DNA of 64,000 nucleotides from Azolla caroliniana (Eukaryota > Plantae > Polypodiophyta). Below are positions 37,163 through 49,900 of the stretch, piece after piece (within the stretch, counting starts at the first letter, position 1; every line of letters starts with the position of its first letter). The stretch lies in the NCBI GenBank assembly GCA_043228905.1, contig JBHGNT010000001.1:17608001-17672000 (forward strand). The letters are read 5' to 3'. Made by a program: the position numbers and the translations under genes. The notes beneath the pieces are model-generated. The model was not told the origin of the DNA. It searched no databases and worked only from the letters and a program-made list of their open reading frames with translations.

Positions 37163-40100
37163 TGTCGAATACATGTGTATAATGGACGTATTCACACTAT
37201 CCCGTTTTGGCCATTTATGTAATTAGCATAAAGGGTAGTTGCCCTAAGTCGGTCACTATATATAGTGACCTTGTAACCTCTTTGTAAGGTTGGCTGTTGT
37301 ATTGTTGCTTTGTGTAATAGAAAGTCTTTTGTGTCTCTCTCTCTCTCTCTCTGTGCAACGACCTACATTCTGTCATACACAGGGAATAAACAGGAATCGA
37401 GTGCTTCAAGATCTTCCGCACAGACGACATTGCTTACAACATCTGGTATCAGAGCCTGCACAGTAGTCGGTCCTTCAATCCGCTGTCGGCCGTCGTCTCT
37501 GCATTCGGTTTCCTGCGTCATTCGAAGAAGAGAGAAGAAGAAGAAAAACCAGGTTTGCATCTCATCGCGTTAGATCATCTTTGTTTGGAGTAAGCCAGCA
37601 GGTTGTACTCCGTTCCCAGTGATCGTAACCGCTCGAGGTGAAATCCCCTTGTGCATCATTGACACGATCGTGCTCCATTCGGTTAAACGGCATCCGAAAA
37701 GGTCGTTAAACGCTGCTCGCTGCTCGTTGTAACCACTCGGTACAGATCGGTCTTAAGCAATCAACCCCAATTCGTGCTTCATCCGGCTAATTGACATTCG
37801 AGAGGATCAGTTGGATCCATCTCTCTCGTCGCTGCAGTCAACCGAAGCAAAATCGGCCCAGATAATCGGTTTTAATAATCGGTATTCGGCATATATATCC
37901 GAAGCGAACCGGGCTCACTCCGACTCGGCAACATTCGGGAAGACCAGTCGGCTCTGTCCCTCAAGCTACCGGAGTCAATTCGAGCAAGTTCCGAAGCCGA
38001 ACCGACTCGGGTTCAAATTCGACTAGAACGATATCGGGTGAGCCTACCGGCTGCACTCCAACAAGGTTCGTAGTCAACTCCGAACCGAGCTTCGTCAAAC
38101 GAAACCGAATTTGATGGCATCAACATCCGGCTCGTCAGAAATGAGTCTACGAAAGTTCGATGGATCGAACTTCAACTTCTGGAAGGAACAAATGCAGGAC
38201 TATCTCATAGTCAAGGGGCAAATCGATCCCATCGAAAATGAAGAACCTCCAGAAGGATACAAACCAATTGAGTGGCAGAAGCTGGACAGAATCGTCCGCG
38301 CAACGATTCGGATGCACCTATCGGAATCGGTATACTTTACGGTGCAATCGTGTACGACAGCATTCGAACTGTGGAAAACCCTGTCGGACACTTACGAAAA
38401 GAAGGTCGCCGCAACGAAAATGTTTCTGATCCGGCGCCTCTACAACTTGCGGATGAAAGAATCCGACTCGGTCCAAGCACACCTCAATGAGTACGAAAGC
38501 ATAAGCTCCCAAATCTCGTCACAGGGGACGGCAATCGAGGATGAACTCAGAGCAATGATACTCATGAGCAGCCTTCCCCCATCATGGGAAACTTTCGTCA
38601 CAACCGTGTGCAACGCGTCAACCACGGCTGTTAAATACTCCGAAGTCACGAGCGCAATCCTGACCGAAGCAGCTCGGAGAAAGTCTTTCGCCAAAGACTC
38701 AACAGACGACGCCTACGTAGTACAAGGTTCGACAGACCGATCAAACATACGAGGAAGAGATTCCTCACGACCGCCGAACAATCAGCGAAGACGGAGCCAG
38801 TCACGGGATAACCGAATCTGCAACTATTGCAAGAAACCCGGACACATCAAAGCCGACTGCCGCGCACTCAAGAACAAGAACAACAAGAAGAGTGGCCGGC
38901 ATGAGGAGATCAATTACGTCAGCTTCTCAGCTGATGTGCTACCAGACGACCCGAATATACTATCAATCGAAAATCCAGTCGGCTCAGAAGTTCTGCTCAC
39001 GACTGAAGAATCGAGCACATGGCTCTTAGATTCGGGCGCGTCATTTCACGTGACTCCTCATCGATCCCAATTTCGGCAATATACGATCCGTCACTCCGAC
39101 TCAGTTCGGGTCGGCAACTCACAACACTGTGACATCATCGGAATCGGCACAGTAGAGCTCAACCTTGCAGGTGGCTCTACACTTGTACTCCACAATGTCC
39201 GACATGTACCCGAGCTCTCAAGGCCATTGATCTCAGTCGGACAACTAGATGAAGACGGCATTCGTGCCGGTTTCTCTTCGGGAGGGTGGACACTCCACAG
39301 GGGGAACCTCCTGCTTGCTAGAGGACCCAAGATACACTCACTGTATCCGTTACATGTTACGCTCAGAGAGGGTAACCTGTTTTTGGTGGATATTCCTGTG
39401 TCATCACTATGGCACCGACGATTGGGACACCTCAGCAAGGCCGGCATCACGCATCTATCTAGAGCCGGATACATCCCCAAACTCTCCTTCTCCGACCATC
39501 AATTCTGCGAGCATTGCCAGTATGGCAAACAAGCCGCCGCATCACACCCGACATCAGCACCAAGAGAAACGAGACCTCTCGATTTGGTCCACTCGGACGT
39601 CTGCGGCCCAATGCCGCATCAGTCTCTAGGCGGTGCATCTTACTTCGTCACTTTCATTGACGACTCGACTCGAAAGGTGTGGGCGTATCCAATTCGCACC
39701 AAAGATCGTGTCTTCTCGATCTTTTCAGATTGGCTCGCTATGGTGGAAAATCAAACCGACCGAAAGCTGAAATGCTTTCGGACAGACAATGGGGGAGAGT
39801 TTAAATCCGAAGAATTCGTCAAATTCTGCCGACAACGCGGCATCCGACGTGAACTTACGGCACCACACAGTCCGGAGCAAAACGGGATTGCAGAACGAAT
39901 GAATCGGACAATCCAAGAACGGACAGTTTCCATGCTCCAACACTCCGGACTGTCGGATGGCTTCTGGGCAGAGGCTCTACTCACGGCAGTACACATAATC
40001 AATATGTCGCCAAGTAGACCTCTAGGACTTCAAATTCCTCAGGAATTATGGATCGGCAGCAAGCCGAATTACGACAAGCTGAGGATCTTCGGATGCGAGG

Positions 40101-42599
40101 CGTACGCCCTTATTCCGAAAGATGATCGCCGAAAACTTGCACCTCGGTCCAGGAAATGCATTTTCCTTGGATATGGATCAGACGGCGAAATGGGATACCG
40201 ACTCTGGGACCCCGAACGCAGACAAATCGTTCGAAGTTCGGACGTTGTGTTCAACGAGTCGGCTATGAATCCATCGGTCGACAAACCGATCGAAGTCCGA
40301 AGGGTAACATTCTCCAATGTGCCGACCCTTCAAGAAGGCCCCGCTCTCAACACACGGTCAGCTTCACGGGTAGCTGACCCTTATACTACCGACTCGGACA
40401 ACTCTGACTCGGCACAGCCGAATGATTCGGTTTCGGACCATCCGACCACGATACCCGATGCGACCAGTCCAATCATACCTCGACGATCCGAGAGACTGTC
40501 GCAACCTCCGGAGAGGTATTCTCCTGGAATTTTCTTCACCGACGCCGGCGAACCGACGTCTTACGAAGAAGCATCGACATCTGTCGATTCGGCCACCTGG
40601 CATCTGGCGATGGAGTCGGAAATGCACTCCATCCGGGCAAACAAGACTTGGGATCTGGTCGAATTACCTAGGAACCGACGTGCTCTTCCTTGCAAGTGGG
40701 TTTATCGACTAAAAGAGACGTCTGATTCGACCACCCCAAAGTACAAGGCCAGATTAGTTGCGAAGGGCTTCCGACAAGAATATGGCGTCGACTTCGACGA
40801 GATTTTTTCACCAGTGGTGAAAATGACAACCCTTCGTCTTCTGCTCGGCGTCGTGGCAGCCGACAACTTGGAGCTGATTCAGCTAGATGTCAAAACAGCC
40901 TTCCTCCATGGTGATCTCGAGGAGGAAATTTATATGGAGCAGCCAAAAGGCTTCGTGGCAACTGGCCAAGAACATCTAGTCTGCCGACTCAGGAAGAGTC
41001 TATACGGCCTCAAACAGGCACCGCGACAATGGTACAAGAAGTTCGACGACTTCATCCAATCAATCGGCTTCTCCAAAAGCGATGAGGACCATTGTCTCTT
41101 CACCAACACAGCTCGAGATGGATCACCCATCTTCCTCATCATTTACGTGGACGACATGCTAATTTCTGGACGCCACGCGGGCGAACTTTCCGATCTAGTT
41201 CGGCAACTGCGGTTGAAGTTTGCCATGAAGGACCTCGGTCCGGCACGACACATCCTTGGCATGAAAATTAGTCGGCATCGCGATAAACGACATCTTTTTT
41301 TGTCTCAGACCGACTATATCGGACGTGTCTTGGAACGCTTCAACATGCAATCAGCCAAATCTGCTTCAACCCCGCTCCCCATGAATCTTCGGCTCTCTCA
41401 GCGAGACTGCCCGACATCCGGTTCGGAGGGGGAAGATATGAAGTCGGTACCGTATGCACCGGCAGTCGGCTCCCTTATGTACCTGATGGTCGCGACACGG
41501 CCTGACATCTCTCATGCCGTAGGAGTCGTTAGCAGATTTATGCACAACCCTGGCCGATCGCATTGGAACGCAGTCAAGCATGTGTTCAGATATCTGGTTG
41601 GCACAAAAGACCATGGTATTCTTTTCGGACCGAACCGAACCTCAGGCGTAGTCGGTTACACCGACTCGGACTTCGCCGGCTGTATAGACAGTCGGAAATC
41701 AACAACCGGATACTGCTTCAAATTCGGCAATGGAGCAATCTCGTGGAAGTCGAAACTTCAGGAGTGCACAGCGACCTCAACGACCGAAGCAGAATATGTA
41801 GCTGCGTCCGACGCGGCAAAAGAAGCTTTGTGGCTCGGTCGGCTGGCGCACACGTTTCGACAAGTCGAACATGACTCGGCTCCAGTTGTCTACAGCGACA
41901 GTCAAGGTGCTGTTGCCTTGTCGAAAAATCCGGTTCACCACAACGCCTCCAAACATATCGACGTTCGATATCACTTCGTTCGGGACTGCGTCATTTCAGG
42001 GAAAATCGGTCTAGAGAAAATATCTACAACCGATAATGTCGCAGATGGAATGACCAAATGTCTCTCGGCAGACCGTTTTCGGTCTCTTCGGCATCAGATG
42101 GGCGTAACGACAAACCAGTCCGGTTAGAGCCGGACACAGAGCAGGATGGTCCCCGACAACCGACATCAGCTCCTTAATGATCGGCTTCAACTGTTCCGAC
42201 CCGACCAGTTCGGTCTTCTGTCTTCGGATCCTGCCGACTCGAACAAAGCTGATATGTCCGAGAACCTAAGTCTATACCTGTAATCTTAGATAACCCATGT
42301 ATACGCCCATTACGGGGGAGTGTCGAATACATGTGTATAATGGACGTATTCACACTATCCCGTTTTGGCCAGTTATGTAATTAGCATAAAGGGTAGTTGC
42401 CCTAAGTCGGTCACTATATATAGTGACCTTGTAACCTCTTTGTAAGGTTGGCTGTTGTATTGTTGCTTTGTGTAATAGAAAGTCTTTTGTGTCTCTCTCT
42501 CTCTCTCTCTGTGCAACGACCTACATTCTGTCATACACAGGGAATAAACAGGAATCGAGTGCTTCAAGATCTTCCGCACAGACGACATTGCTTACAACA
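37163..42599 (+). mobile_element. Ty1/copia element C, intact and very young
   Basis: 279-bp LTRs 37163-37441 and 42321-42599 (1 difference seen); TSD CGGGT; PBS TGGTATCAGAGCC 37444-37456; PPT GGGGGAG 42314-42320. Confidence 0.97.
38114..42127 (+). CDS. copia gag-pol polyprotein, uninterrupted, about 1337 aa
   Basis: CNYCKKPGHIKADC, WLLDSGAS, HSDVCGP...RTDNGGE...AERMN, IYVDDML, YTDSDFAG...SDSQGA in one ORF. Confidence 0.96.
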   Translation: MASTSGSSEMSLRKFDGSNFNFWKEQMQDYLIVKGQIDPIENEEPPEGYKPIEWQKLDRIVRATIRMHLSESVYFTVQSCTTAFELWKTLSDTYEKKVAATKMFLIRRLYNLRMKESDSVQAHLNEYESISSQISSQGTAIEDELRAMILMSSLPPSWETFVTTVCNASTTAVKYSEVTSAILTEAARRKSFAKDSTDDAYVVQGSTDRSNIRGRDSSRPPNNQRRRSQSRDNRICNYCKKPGHIKADCRALKNKNNKKSGRHEEINYVSFSADVLPDDPNILSIENPVGSEVLLTTEESSTWLLDSGASFHVTPHRSQFRQYTIRHSDSVRVGNSQHCDIIGIGTVELNLAGGSTLVLHNVRHVPELSRPLISVGQLDEDGIRAGFSSGGWTLHRGNLLLARGPKIHSLYPLHVTLREGNLFLVDIPVSSLWHRRLGHLSKAGITHLSRAGYIPKLSFSDHQFCEHCQYGKQAAASHPTSAPRETRPLDLVHSDVCGPMPHQSLGGASYFVTFIDDSTRKVWAYPIRTKDRVFSIFSDWLAMVENQTDRKLKCFRTDNGGEFKSEEFVKFCRQRGIRRELTAPHSPEQNGIAERMNRTIQERTVSMLQHSGLSDGFWAEALLTAVHIINMSPSRPLGLQIPQELWIGSKPNYDKLRIFGCEAYALIPKDDRRKLAPRSRKCIFLGYGSDGEMGYRLWDPERRQIVRSSDVVFNESAMNPSVDKPIEVRRVTFSNVPTLQEGPALNTRSASRVADPYTTDSDNSDSAQPNDSVSDHPTTIPDATSPIIPRRSERLSQPPERYSPGIFFTDAGEPTSYEEASTSVDSATWHLAMESEMHSIRANKTWDLVELPRNRRALPCKWVYRLKETSDSTTPKYKARLVAKGFRQEYGVDFDEIFSPVVKMTTLRLLLGVVAADNLELIQLDVKTAFLHGDLEEEIYMEQPKGFVATGQEHLVCRLRKSLYGLKQAPRQWYKKFDDFIQSIGFSKSDEDHCLFTNTARDGSPIFLIIYVDDMLISGRHAGELSDLVRQLRLKFAMKDLGPARHILGMKISRHRDKRHLFLSQTDYIGRVLERFNMQSAKSASTPLPMNLRLSQRDCPTSGSEGEDMKSVPYAPAVGSLMYLMVATRPDISHAVGVVSRFMHNPGRSHWNAVKHVFRYLVGTKDHGILFGPNRTSGVVGYTDSDFAGCIDSRKSTTGYCFKFGNGAISWKSKLQECTATSTTEAEYVAASDAAKEALWLGRLAHTFRQVEHDSAPVVYSDSQGAVALSKNPVHHNASKHIDVRYHFVRDCVISGKIGLEKISTTDNVADGMTKCLSADRFRSLRHQMGVTTNQSG

Positions 42600-44732
42600 C
42601 GGGTCCCATACTCGGTAGCCGAACTCGTCATCGCCGTAACCGAGGAATATGCATGGCCGGGTCTTTGGATCTAGCTTTCCTCTCCGGTCCTTAGCCACAT
42701 GCACGTATGCGAGACACCCGAACACCTTCAGATGCCGGTAGGATACTTCCCTGCCGGTCCACACTCTCTGCGGCGTGTCTCCGTCCAAAGGTACTGAGGG
42801 TGATCTGTTTATCACGTATGTCGCCGTCGACATTGCCTCAGCCCAAAACCCCTTGGGTAATTTCGCATGCGCCAGCATACTCCGGACCCTCTCCATTATG
42901 GTCCGGTTCATCCTCTCGGCCAGCCCGTTCAGTTCCGGCGTCTTCGGCACAGTAAACTCGAGCCGGATTCCCTTCGAGCGACAGTACTCCTTGAACTGCC
43001 CCCGGTATTCCCCTCCGTTATCCGCTCGTATCGCTTTCAGCTTCTTGCCGGATTCCCTTTCCACTCTCACGTGGAGTTCTTTGAAGACGCACAACACTTG
43101 GTCCTTTGTCTTCATCGGTGCCGTCCACAGTTTTCGGCTATGATCATCTATGAATGTTACGAAGTACTGGGCTCCGCCATGTGACTTCGTTTCTACCTGA
43201 CACACATCAGTGTGCACCAACTCCAATGGTGCGCTACGTCTCGTCGGTGGCCTTGAGTGGAAGGAGGTTCGGTTCTGCTTACCGGCCAGGCAATCGGTGC
43301 ACTTCTCCAGGTGCACATGCTTCACTGGAATAAGGTTGTCTTCTGCAAGCCTCTTCATCCCCTTCTCACTCATGTGGCACAGTCTCTTGTGCCACAGCTC
43401 ACCGGCAGTGTCGGCTGCCACGTTCAACTCTTCCGGACACAACCAGGCATTCATAAGGTACAGTGTGTTGACTTTCCGGGCCCGAGCCACTATCAGGCTC
43501 CCCTTGCTGAACTTCATTACGCCGTTCCGGATGCTACCTGTGTAGCCTTCATCGTCTAGCCTCCCGGCCGAAATCAGGTTCAATCGAACCTCCGGAACGT
43601 GTCTGACATCCTTCAGCAGCATTTTGCATCCGGTCGAGGTTGTCAACCACACGTCTCCTACGCCGGCAATCCGGCACGTACCTTCATTTCCCATCCGAAC
43701 ACAGCCATGCTCACCGGCTGTGTAGGATGAGAAGTATCTTCTTTCCGGGGTCAGGTGGAACGACGCTCCGGAATCGACCACCCAGGTAGTCTCATCGCCG
43801 GCAATGTTTAGTTCACCTTCTTCGGTGATGAGCATGATCTCCTCTTCACTTGCCGCGAGTGCCGTCGTTCCTTTCCGGTCCTGCCCTCGCCGATCCGAAC
43901 CATTCCGGTCCGTGGCTCCCCGGTAAGCCCCGTTCCGTTCCGAAGACTTCTTCGAATCGGTGTCGTCGGCTCCGTTGTCTTTTCGGTAATGCCGACAATT
44001 CTTTCGGGAGTGCCCCGGCTTCCCACAGTGGAAGCATGTGGGCCTTCCTCTTGACTGCGACCGGGTCCCCGACTTCTCCCGTCTTTGCGGACTCCGGTTC
44101 CGTTGTCTTCCCCGATCCGATTCGGTAAACAACATCTTCGGATCGGAGGCCGGTTCTTTATCTCTCCGACGCGCTTCTTCGTTCAAAATACTTGTCTTTA
44201 CCGTTTGTAGGGACAAGTTATCTTCGGTGCAGGAGGTGCTGAGAGTCACCACCAAGTTCTCCCAGCTTTCCGGCAATGTACACATCAGAATGATGGCTTG
44301 CATTGCATCCTCCAGCGGGAACTTGATCGCCGCAAGCTGGTTCACGAATCCCATGAACGTGCTTACGTGTTCCACCATACTCTCGCCGTCCCGGCACTTG
44401 AGGTTCACTATCTTCCTCATCAGGGAGGTCCGGTTCAACGCATTCTTCCTCTCGTAGAGGCCCGACAGCTTCCGCCACATCTCATATGCGTTGGTGTCGT
44501 TCGCCACATGTTGTAGAACGCTCACGTCGACGTATTGCCGAATGGTTGCAACGGCTTTCCGGTTCAGAAGCCTCCATTCCGTCTCAAGTACCCCCTTGGG
44601 TATTTCCGACCTGTCGATCGGTTCATACAGGTCCCGAACAATCAGCAGATCCTCCATCTTTATCTTCCAGTCGGCGTAGTTCTGCGCATTCAGCACCATC
44701 ATCCCCGGCTGCCCGCTGCTGCCGCCTTCCAT
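42600..44732 (-). pseudogene. copia B 5' part (gag, PR, INT), cut by the C insertion
   Basis: Open ORF from the ATG at 44732 with CFHCGKPGHSRKNC, WVVDSGAS and the integrase core up to YRVWDP. Confidence 0.93.
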
Positions 44733-46943
44733 TTTCTGCACTGCAGTCGCTCTGATACCAGTTTGTAGGGAATCGACGCTCCGATTCACCTTCACCACTC
44801 GGCCACAACCGAGGAAGCGCGAACCAATGCAGCAGAAAATAGGAAACACAGGGAAAGACACGATAACACAGGGATTAACGTGGAAAACCCTAGACGGGAA
44901 AAACCACGGGAGTGCAAGACTCCAACTATCACTCTACGCTGGGAAATATACAATGCCGAGCTGCAAGGTGACGACCTTGAGCTCGCTATCCTCGCCACAG
45001 GCGGCGGTATTACACAGAGGCGTCGACCTCTTCCTTCTCTCTCTCTCTCGGCTGCTCTCACTCCGCTCCCTCTAGATGAAAAAACAGAAAAATGAGCAAC
45101 AACATTAAAACTGTTTGCCCTAAGTCATATTTATACACATATGAGTTTCGGGCTATTTACAACTATAGCCTCAAGGGCCCTTGGCAAACATATTCACAAA
45201 TATGTCCCCGCATCCGGATCTCTCTCCGGGTACATTCGTCATCCGGCTCCGTAACCGGGATCTTCATCATCCGGTTCCGAAACCGCAACCGGGCTTGTCG
45301 TCATTCATCTCCGACATCCGACCATCCCATCCGAAGGGACCGTAATCCCAACAACTTTCGCTACCTTCTTGTCCTCTTGGCCTTGAATTGATCCAATCCT
45401 TCCGAATCTGTCTGTTGAACTGAATCGACTATCTCCGATTCGTTCCAGCTCTTGTCCAAATCGGTCGCTCCCGATTCATCTTCCGATTCGAGGCCCTTCA
45501 CCACATCGGACCATGTCTGGGTCTTGGCCTTTTTCCTTCGTTCGACTCTGTCCTTCTTGACTCTGCCGCCGCTGCCGCTTGTTCCGACTTGTTCGGATGT
45601 GTGGACTTCCTTTGTCGACTCGGCTCCTTTCTTCTTCTTGTCTCTCCCTTTATCGGTTCATCCCTCACCAGCGTAATCGGCAATCTCTTTGCCTTTGCCT
45701 GTTCCAGTGTTTTTGCCCGTTCTCCCCCTCAAGTGTGGCACGTCGAGATGCTGAACACCAAGCATTTCGGTGAAGTGCTGCAACTTGTCCGATTCGAGTG
45801 GTTTGGTGAAGATGTCGGCAACTTGCCGATCCGTGAGAACATACCGAAGTTCGACCTCACCGCACGCACGCATGAAGTGATAGTGCACTTCTATGTGCTT
45901 TGTGCGAGCATGGAATACGGGGTTCTTGGCGAGTTGCATGCTACTTATGTTGTCGCAGTAGATCAAAATCGGGGTCGGTACCTCGATCTGTAGGTCTTGC
46001 AACAATCACCGAAGCCAAATGGCTTCACAGGTGGCAACAGTAGCGCCCCGATACTCAGCCTCAGTGCTCAACAAAGCAACTGTTGGCTGCATTTTGTTGG
46101 TCCACGCAACAACCGCGCTACCTAGGGAAAACATATAACCGGAGGTTGATCGGCGATCTGATGCATCGCTGGCCCAGTCGGCATCTGTGTAACCGACCAG
46201 CTCTTTGGTTATACCTCTCCTGTACAACAGTCCCCGGTCGTTCGTGCCGCTCACATACCGCAGTATTCGAAGCGCACTAAAGATGCTCTACGGTCTGCTT
46301 CTGCATGAATTGGCTAATCACATCGACCGGATAGCTGATGTCGAGTCGGGTGATGGTTAAATATATAAGGCTTCCGACAATTTGTCGGAACCGTTTCTCA
46401 TCGGAGGCCGGTCCGGAGTTGGGATAGAGCTTCTGGTTCTGGTCCAAGGGTGTAGAGACAGGTCGACATTCTGTCATGCCGAACTTATCCAACATATTCA
46501 ACACATAGTGCCTTTGTGAGAGCAATATGCTGTCGGGGGTTCGGATCAAGCGACAAGCGACCGGTTCTTCCTTTCGGCCACACCGTTTTGCTCCGGTGTG
46601 TATCTGTAGCTGAACGTTTTCCGAATTCCTGTTTGCTGGAGATAACTCTTGAATTGGCCGGAAAAATATTCCTTTCCGCGATCTGAGCATAGACACTTGA
46701 TCTTCCTCTCTGATTCCCGTTCCACCATGCTCTGGAGGTTCCAGAAATAGTCGAAGACTTCGCTCTTCCGCTCAATGAGGGAAATCCATGTGTGCTGGCT
46801 ATTGTCATCGATGAAGGAGACGAAGTATCAACTCCTGCCAAGACTCACGTTTCGTGCTGGTCCCCATACATCCGAATGAATAAGGTCAAGCTTTTTACGG
46901 CTACGGTTTTGTTCGGCGGGGAATGGAAGCCGGTGTTGCTTCA

Positions 46944-49900
46944 TGTTGAGCGGCAAGCTCAACCGGAGCCGGATCGGCTGAATAAGCCGGAGCCAGTAAG
47001 CGAGACGGATCGGGCGAAACGGATCGGTATTACGGTGAGCAACCGAACCGGCAAGCAGTGGAGGCCGGGTGCAATCCGTAACCGGAAGTCCAATCGGAAG
47101 CCTAGTATAGCTAGGTAGCTATAGTCTCGTAGTAAGTGTCAGATGCTCGTGTGAGCATTGAAGTACATGGTACTTCTGTCAGTCCCAAAAGGACTTGTAT
47201 AAATAGTGCTACTTAGCATAGTGTGTGTACAGAGTCTTGATATAATTTTGAAATTGTGTTCTACTCTCTTTGTCTCTCTCGCTCTCTCTCTCTCTCTCTC
47301 TGTGTTGTTCTCTGTTTTACACTTCCGCAAACACTTACGTTTACATGGTATCAGAGCGCGAGGGTTGAGGACCTCTGCTGTAGACATTTACTCTTGAGAA
47401 GAAAACCCTAACAGGTCGAAAACAGACACAGTAGAATACATGGATAGAGGCATGGCTACGTCGCTCCCGGTGGAGAAGCTCGACAGGAGCAACTACGCAT
47501 CCTGGTCTTACAAGATGCACCAGTACCCGCTTGGACATGGGTACTGGAGTTATGTCGAAGGATCGAACGATGCGACGCCAGACTCGGCACACAAGGACTT
47601 CCCGGTATGGGAACAGGCGGCAAGCAGGGTGATGTACTACTTCGCGTCCAGTGTCGGCGATCAGCTGCTCAGCCACATCCGTGACGCCAAGACACCGAAG
47701 GATGCTTGGGGGAACCTCAAAAAGGTTTTCGCCGCAAGCACCACTGCCCGGAGGCTGCAACTCAGACAGGAGTTGAGCAATGTTCGACAGAAGAACATGT
47801 CCGTGGCAGACTACACGAGCCGGATAAAGGAGATCTGCGACTCGCTCGCCTTTATCAATGTTACCATAGAGGAAGACGAGATGGTGCAGGTATGTCTCGG
47901 AGGCCTGGCGTCCAAGTTCGGAGCGCTCCGGACTGCGGTGTGTACAAGGAGAATACCCCCTCATTCTTCGACTTACAGTCGATGCTCCTTGTAGAGGAGA
48001 ACCACGCCGGTGCATCTACCAGTGCATCCCTGGACAGCCGAATGCTGTACACGGGAACGGATCGGCTTCGTGGGCGTGGTGGAAGAGGTGGGTCGGCACG
48101 CAATGGAGGCGGCCGGCAAGAGCAGGAACGGAGGCACTATGAGCGTGCCGACAGCAGTTCCGGGACTTCCACAAGCAAGGGGAGTCAAGGCGGTGCCGGA
48201 GGCCGGCAAGACAAACCCGCTACGGAATAATGGTACTGTGGCAAAAAAGGCCACAGGGAAAGCGAGTGTTGGAGAAAGCGTGCCGATTCGGACAAATCCG
48301 GATTCGGCAAGACCGGTAAGGATGGCCGGCAAAACTTGCACTACGCAAACGGATCAGGAGGATCCGGAACTGGAAAGGCCGGTAATGGGCCAGCCTTGGT
48401 GATGAATCACAAGGCAAACTCAATCAAGAAGACCACTTCCAAAACGGAGGAAGTGTGGTATGTTGATTCCGGCGCGTCGAACCACATGACGAGCCACAAA
48501 GAGTGGTTCTCCTTTCTGGAGAAACCGGATCAACCAGGAGTAGTCGAAACCAGAGACGACACTCCTCACCCAATCGTGCACGTTGGAGAAGTCCCTCTAA
48601 GCCACGTCGGACAGAAAGGGAAGCTGATGAACGTATTACACGTTCCGACAATCACGAAGAACCTGGTGTCCGTCGGTCAGATTGTCGACCAGGGGATGCA
48701 GGTGCAGTTTACGCACCTCGGGTGCTTCATTGAGGATGAGAGCGAAGTCATTGTGCAAGGGCGCAGAGACGGGAGGATGTTTATCCTCAACACCAATGAC
48801 TTTGGCACCGCTCTGTTCGCGAAACGACAGAAGGTCGAGTCGGACATCGACCTGTGGCACAAGCGGATAGGCCACGTCAACTACCGGAGGCTTCAAGACC
48901 TGCAAACGAAACAAGTCGTTTTCGGTTTGCCGAAGTTCAGCGGCCGGAGAGCCGAAATCTGTGAAGCCTGCCAACTTGGGAAGCAACACCGGCTTCCATT
49001 CCCCACTGAACGGAACCAGAGCCGTAACAAGCTCGATCTCATCCATTCGGATGTGTGGGGACTGGCACGAAGTGTAAGCCTTGGCGGGAGCCAGTACTTC
49101 GTCTCCTTCATCGACGACTGTACTCGATATACTTGGATCTACCTCATTGAGCGGAAGAGCGAAGTCTTCTACTGTTTCCGGAGCCTCCAGAAGATGGTGG
49201 AACGGGAATCGGAGAGGAAGATCAAATGCCTTCGGTCGGATGGCGGAAAGGAATATTTTTCCGGCCAATTCACTAGTTATCTGCAGCAGAAGGGAATTCG
49301 GCGAGAGTTCAGCTGCAGATACACACTGGAGAAAAACGGTGTGGCCGAAAGGAAGAACCGGACACTCGTCGAAGCGGCAAGGGCAATGTTGGAGGAAAAG
49401 AGCATGCCCCGGTTCTACTGGGCGGAGGCGGTCCAGACGGTCGTCTACATACAAAACTGCATTGGTGACAAGGTGTCAGCTCATGAGCTGTATTTCGGGC
49501 GCAAGCCGAACTTAAGACACCTTCGGATATTCAGCAACATAGCGTATGTGCATGTGCCGGATCAGAAGCGGAGAAAGCTGGATGCAAAATCGGAAAAATG
49601 CATCCTAGTCGGTTATGCTCAAGAGCAAAAGGGGTATAAGTGCTATAACCCCCGGACGAAGGAAGTCCGAGTTAGCCGGGATGTCGAGTTCGATGAATCG
49701 GCATCCTGGTACTCCGTACCGACTCCGACCCAATGCCGGAAGATTAGGCCAGTGAGCCTAAATCAGCCCTGGCAGAGGATGATGAAGCAGGGACTCAAGA
49801 TGAGAGTCCGGAATCGTTACGGTTGAGTGGACCGAACGAGCGACTGAGTCGGTTGGACCAGTCGGATGAAGAGACGGCACGTGGTGGAGACTCTGCCGTG

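Larger units (their letters stand above)
34618..45353 (-). mobile_element. Ty1/copia element B (same clade as A), full length, interrupted by copia C
   Basis: 590-bp LTRs 44764-45353 and 34618-35207 (about 5 substitutions seen by eye); TSD ACTTT; PBS (iMet) 44749-44760; PPT next to 35208. Confidence 0.96.
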
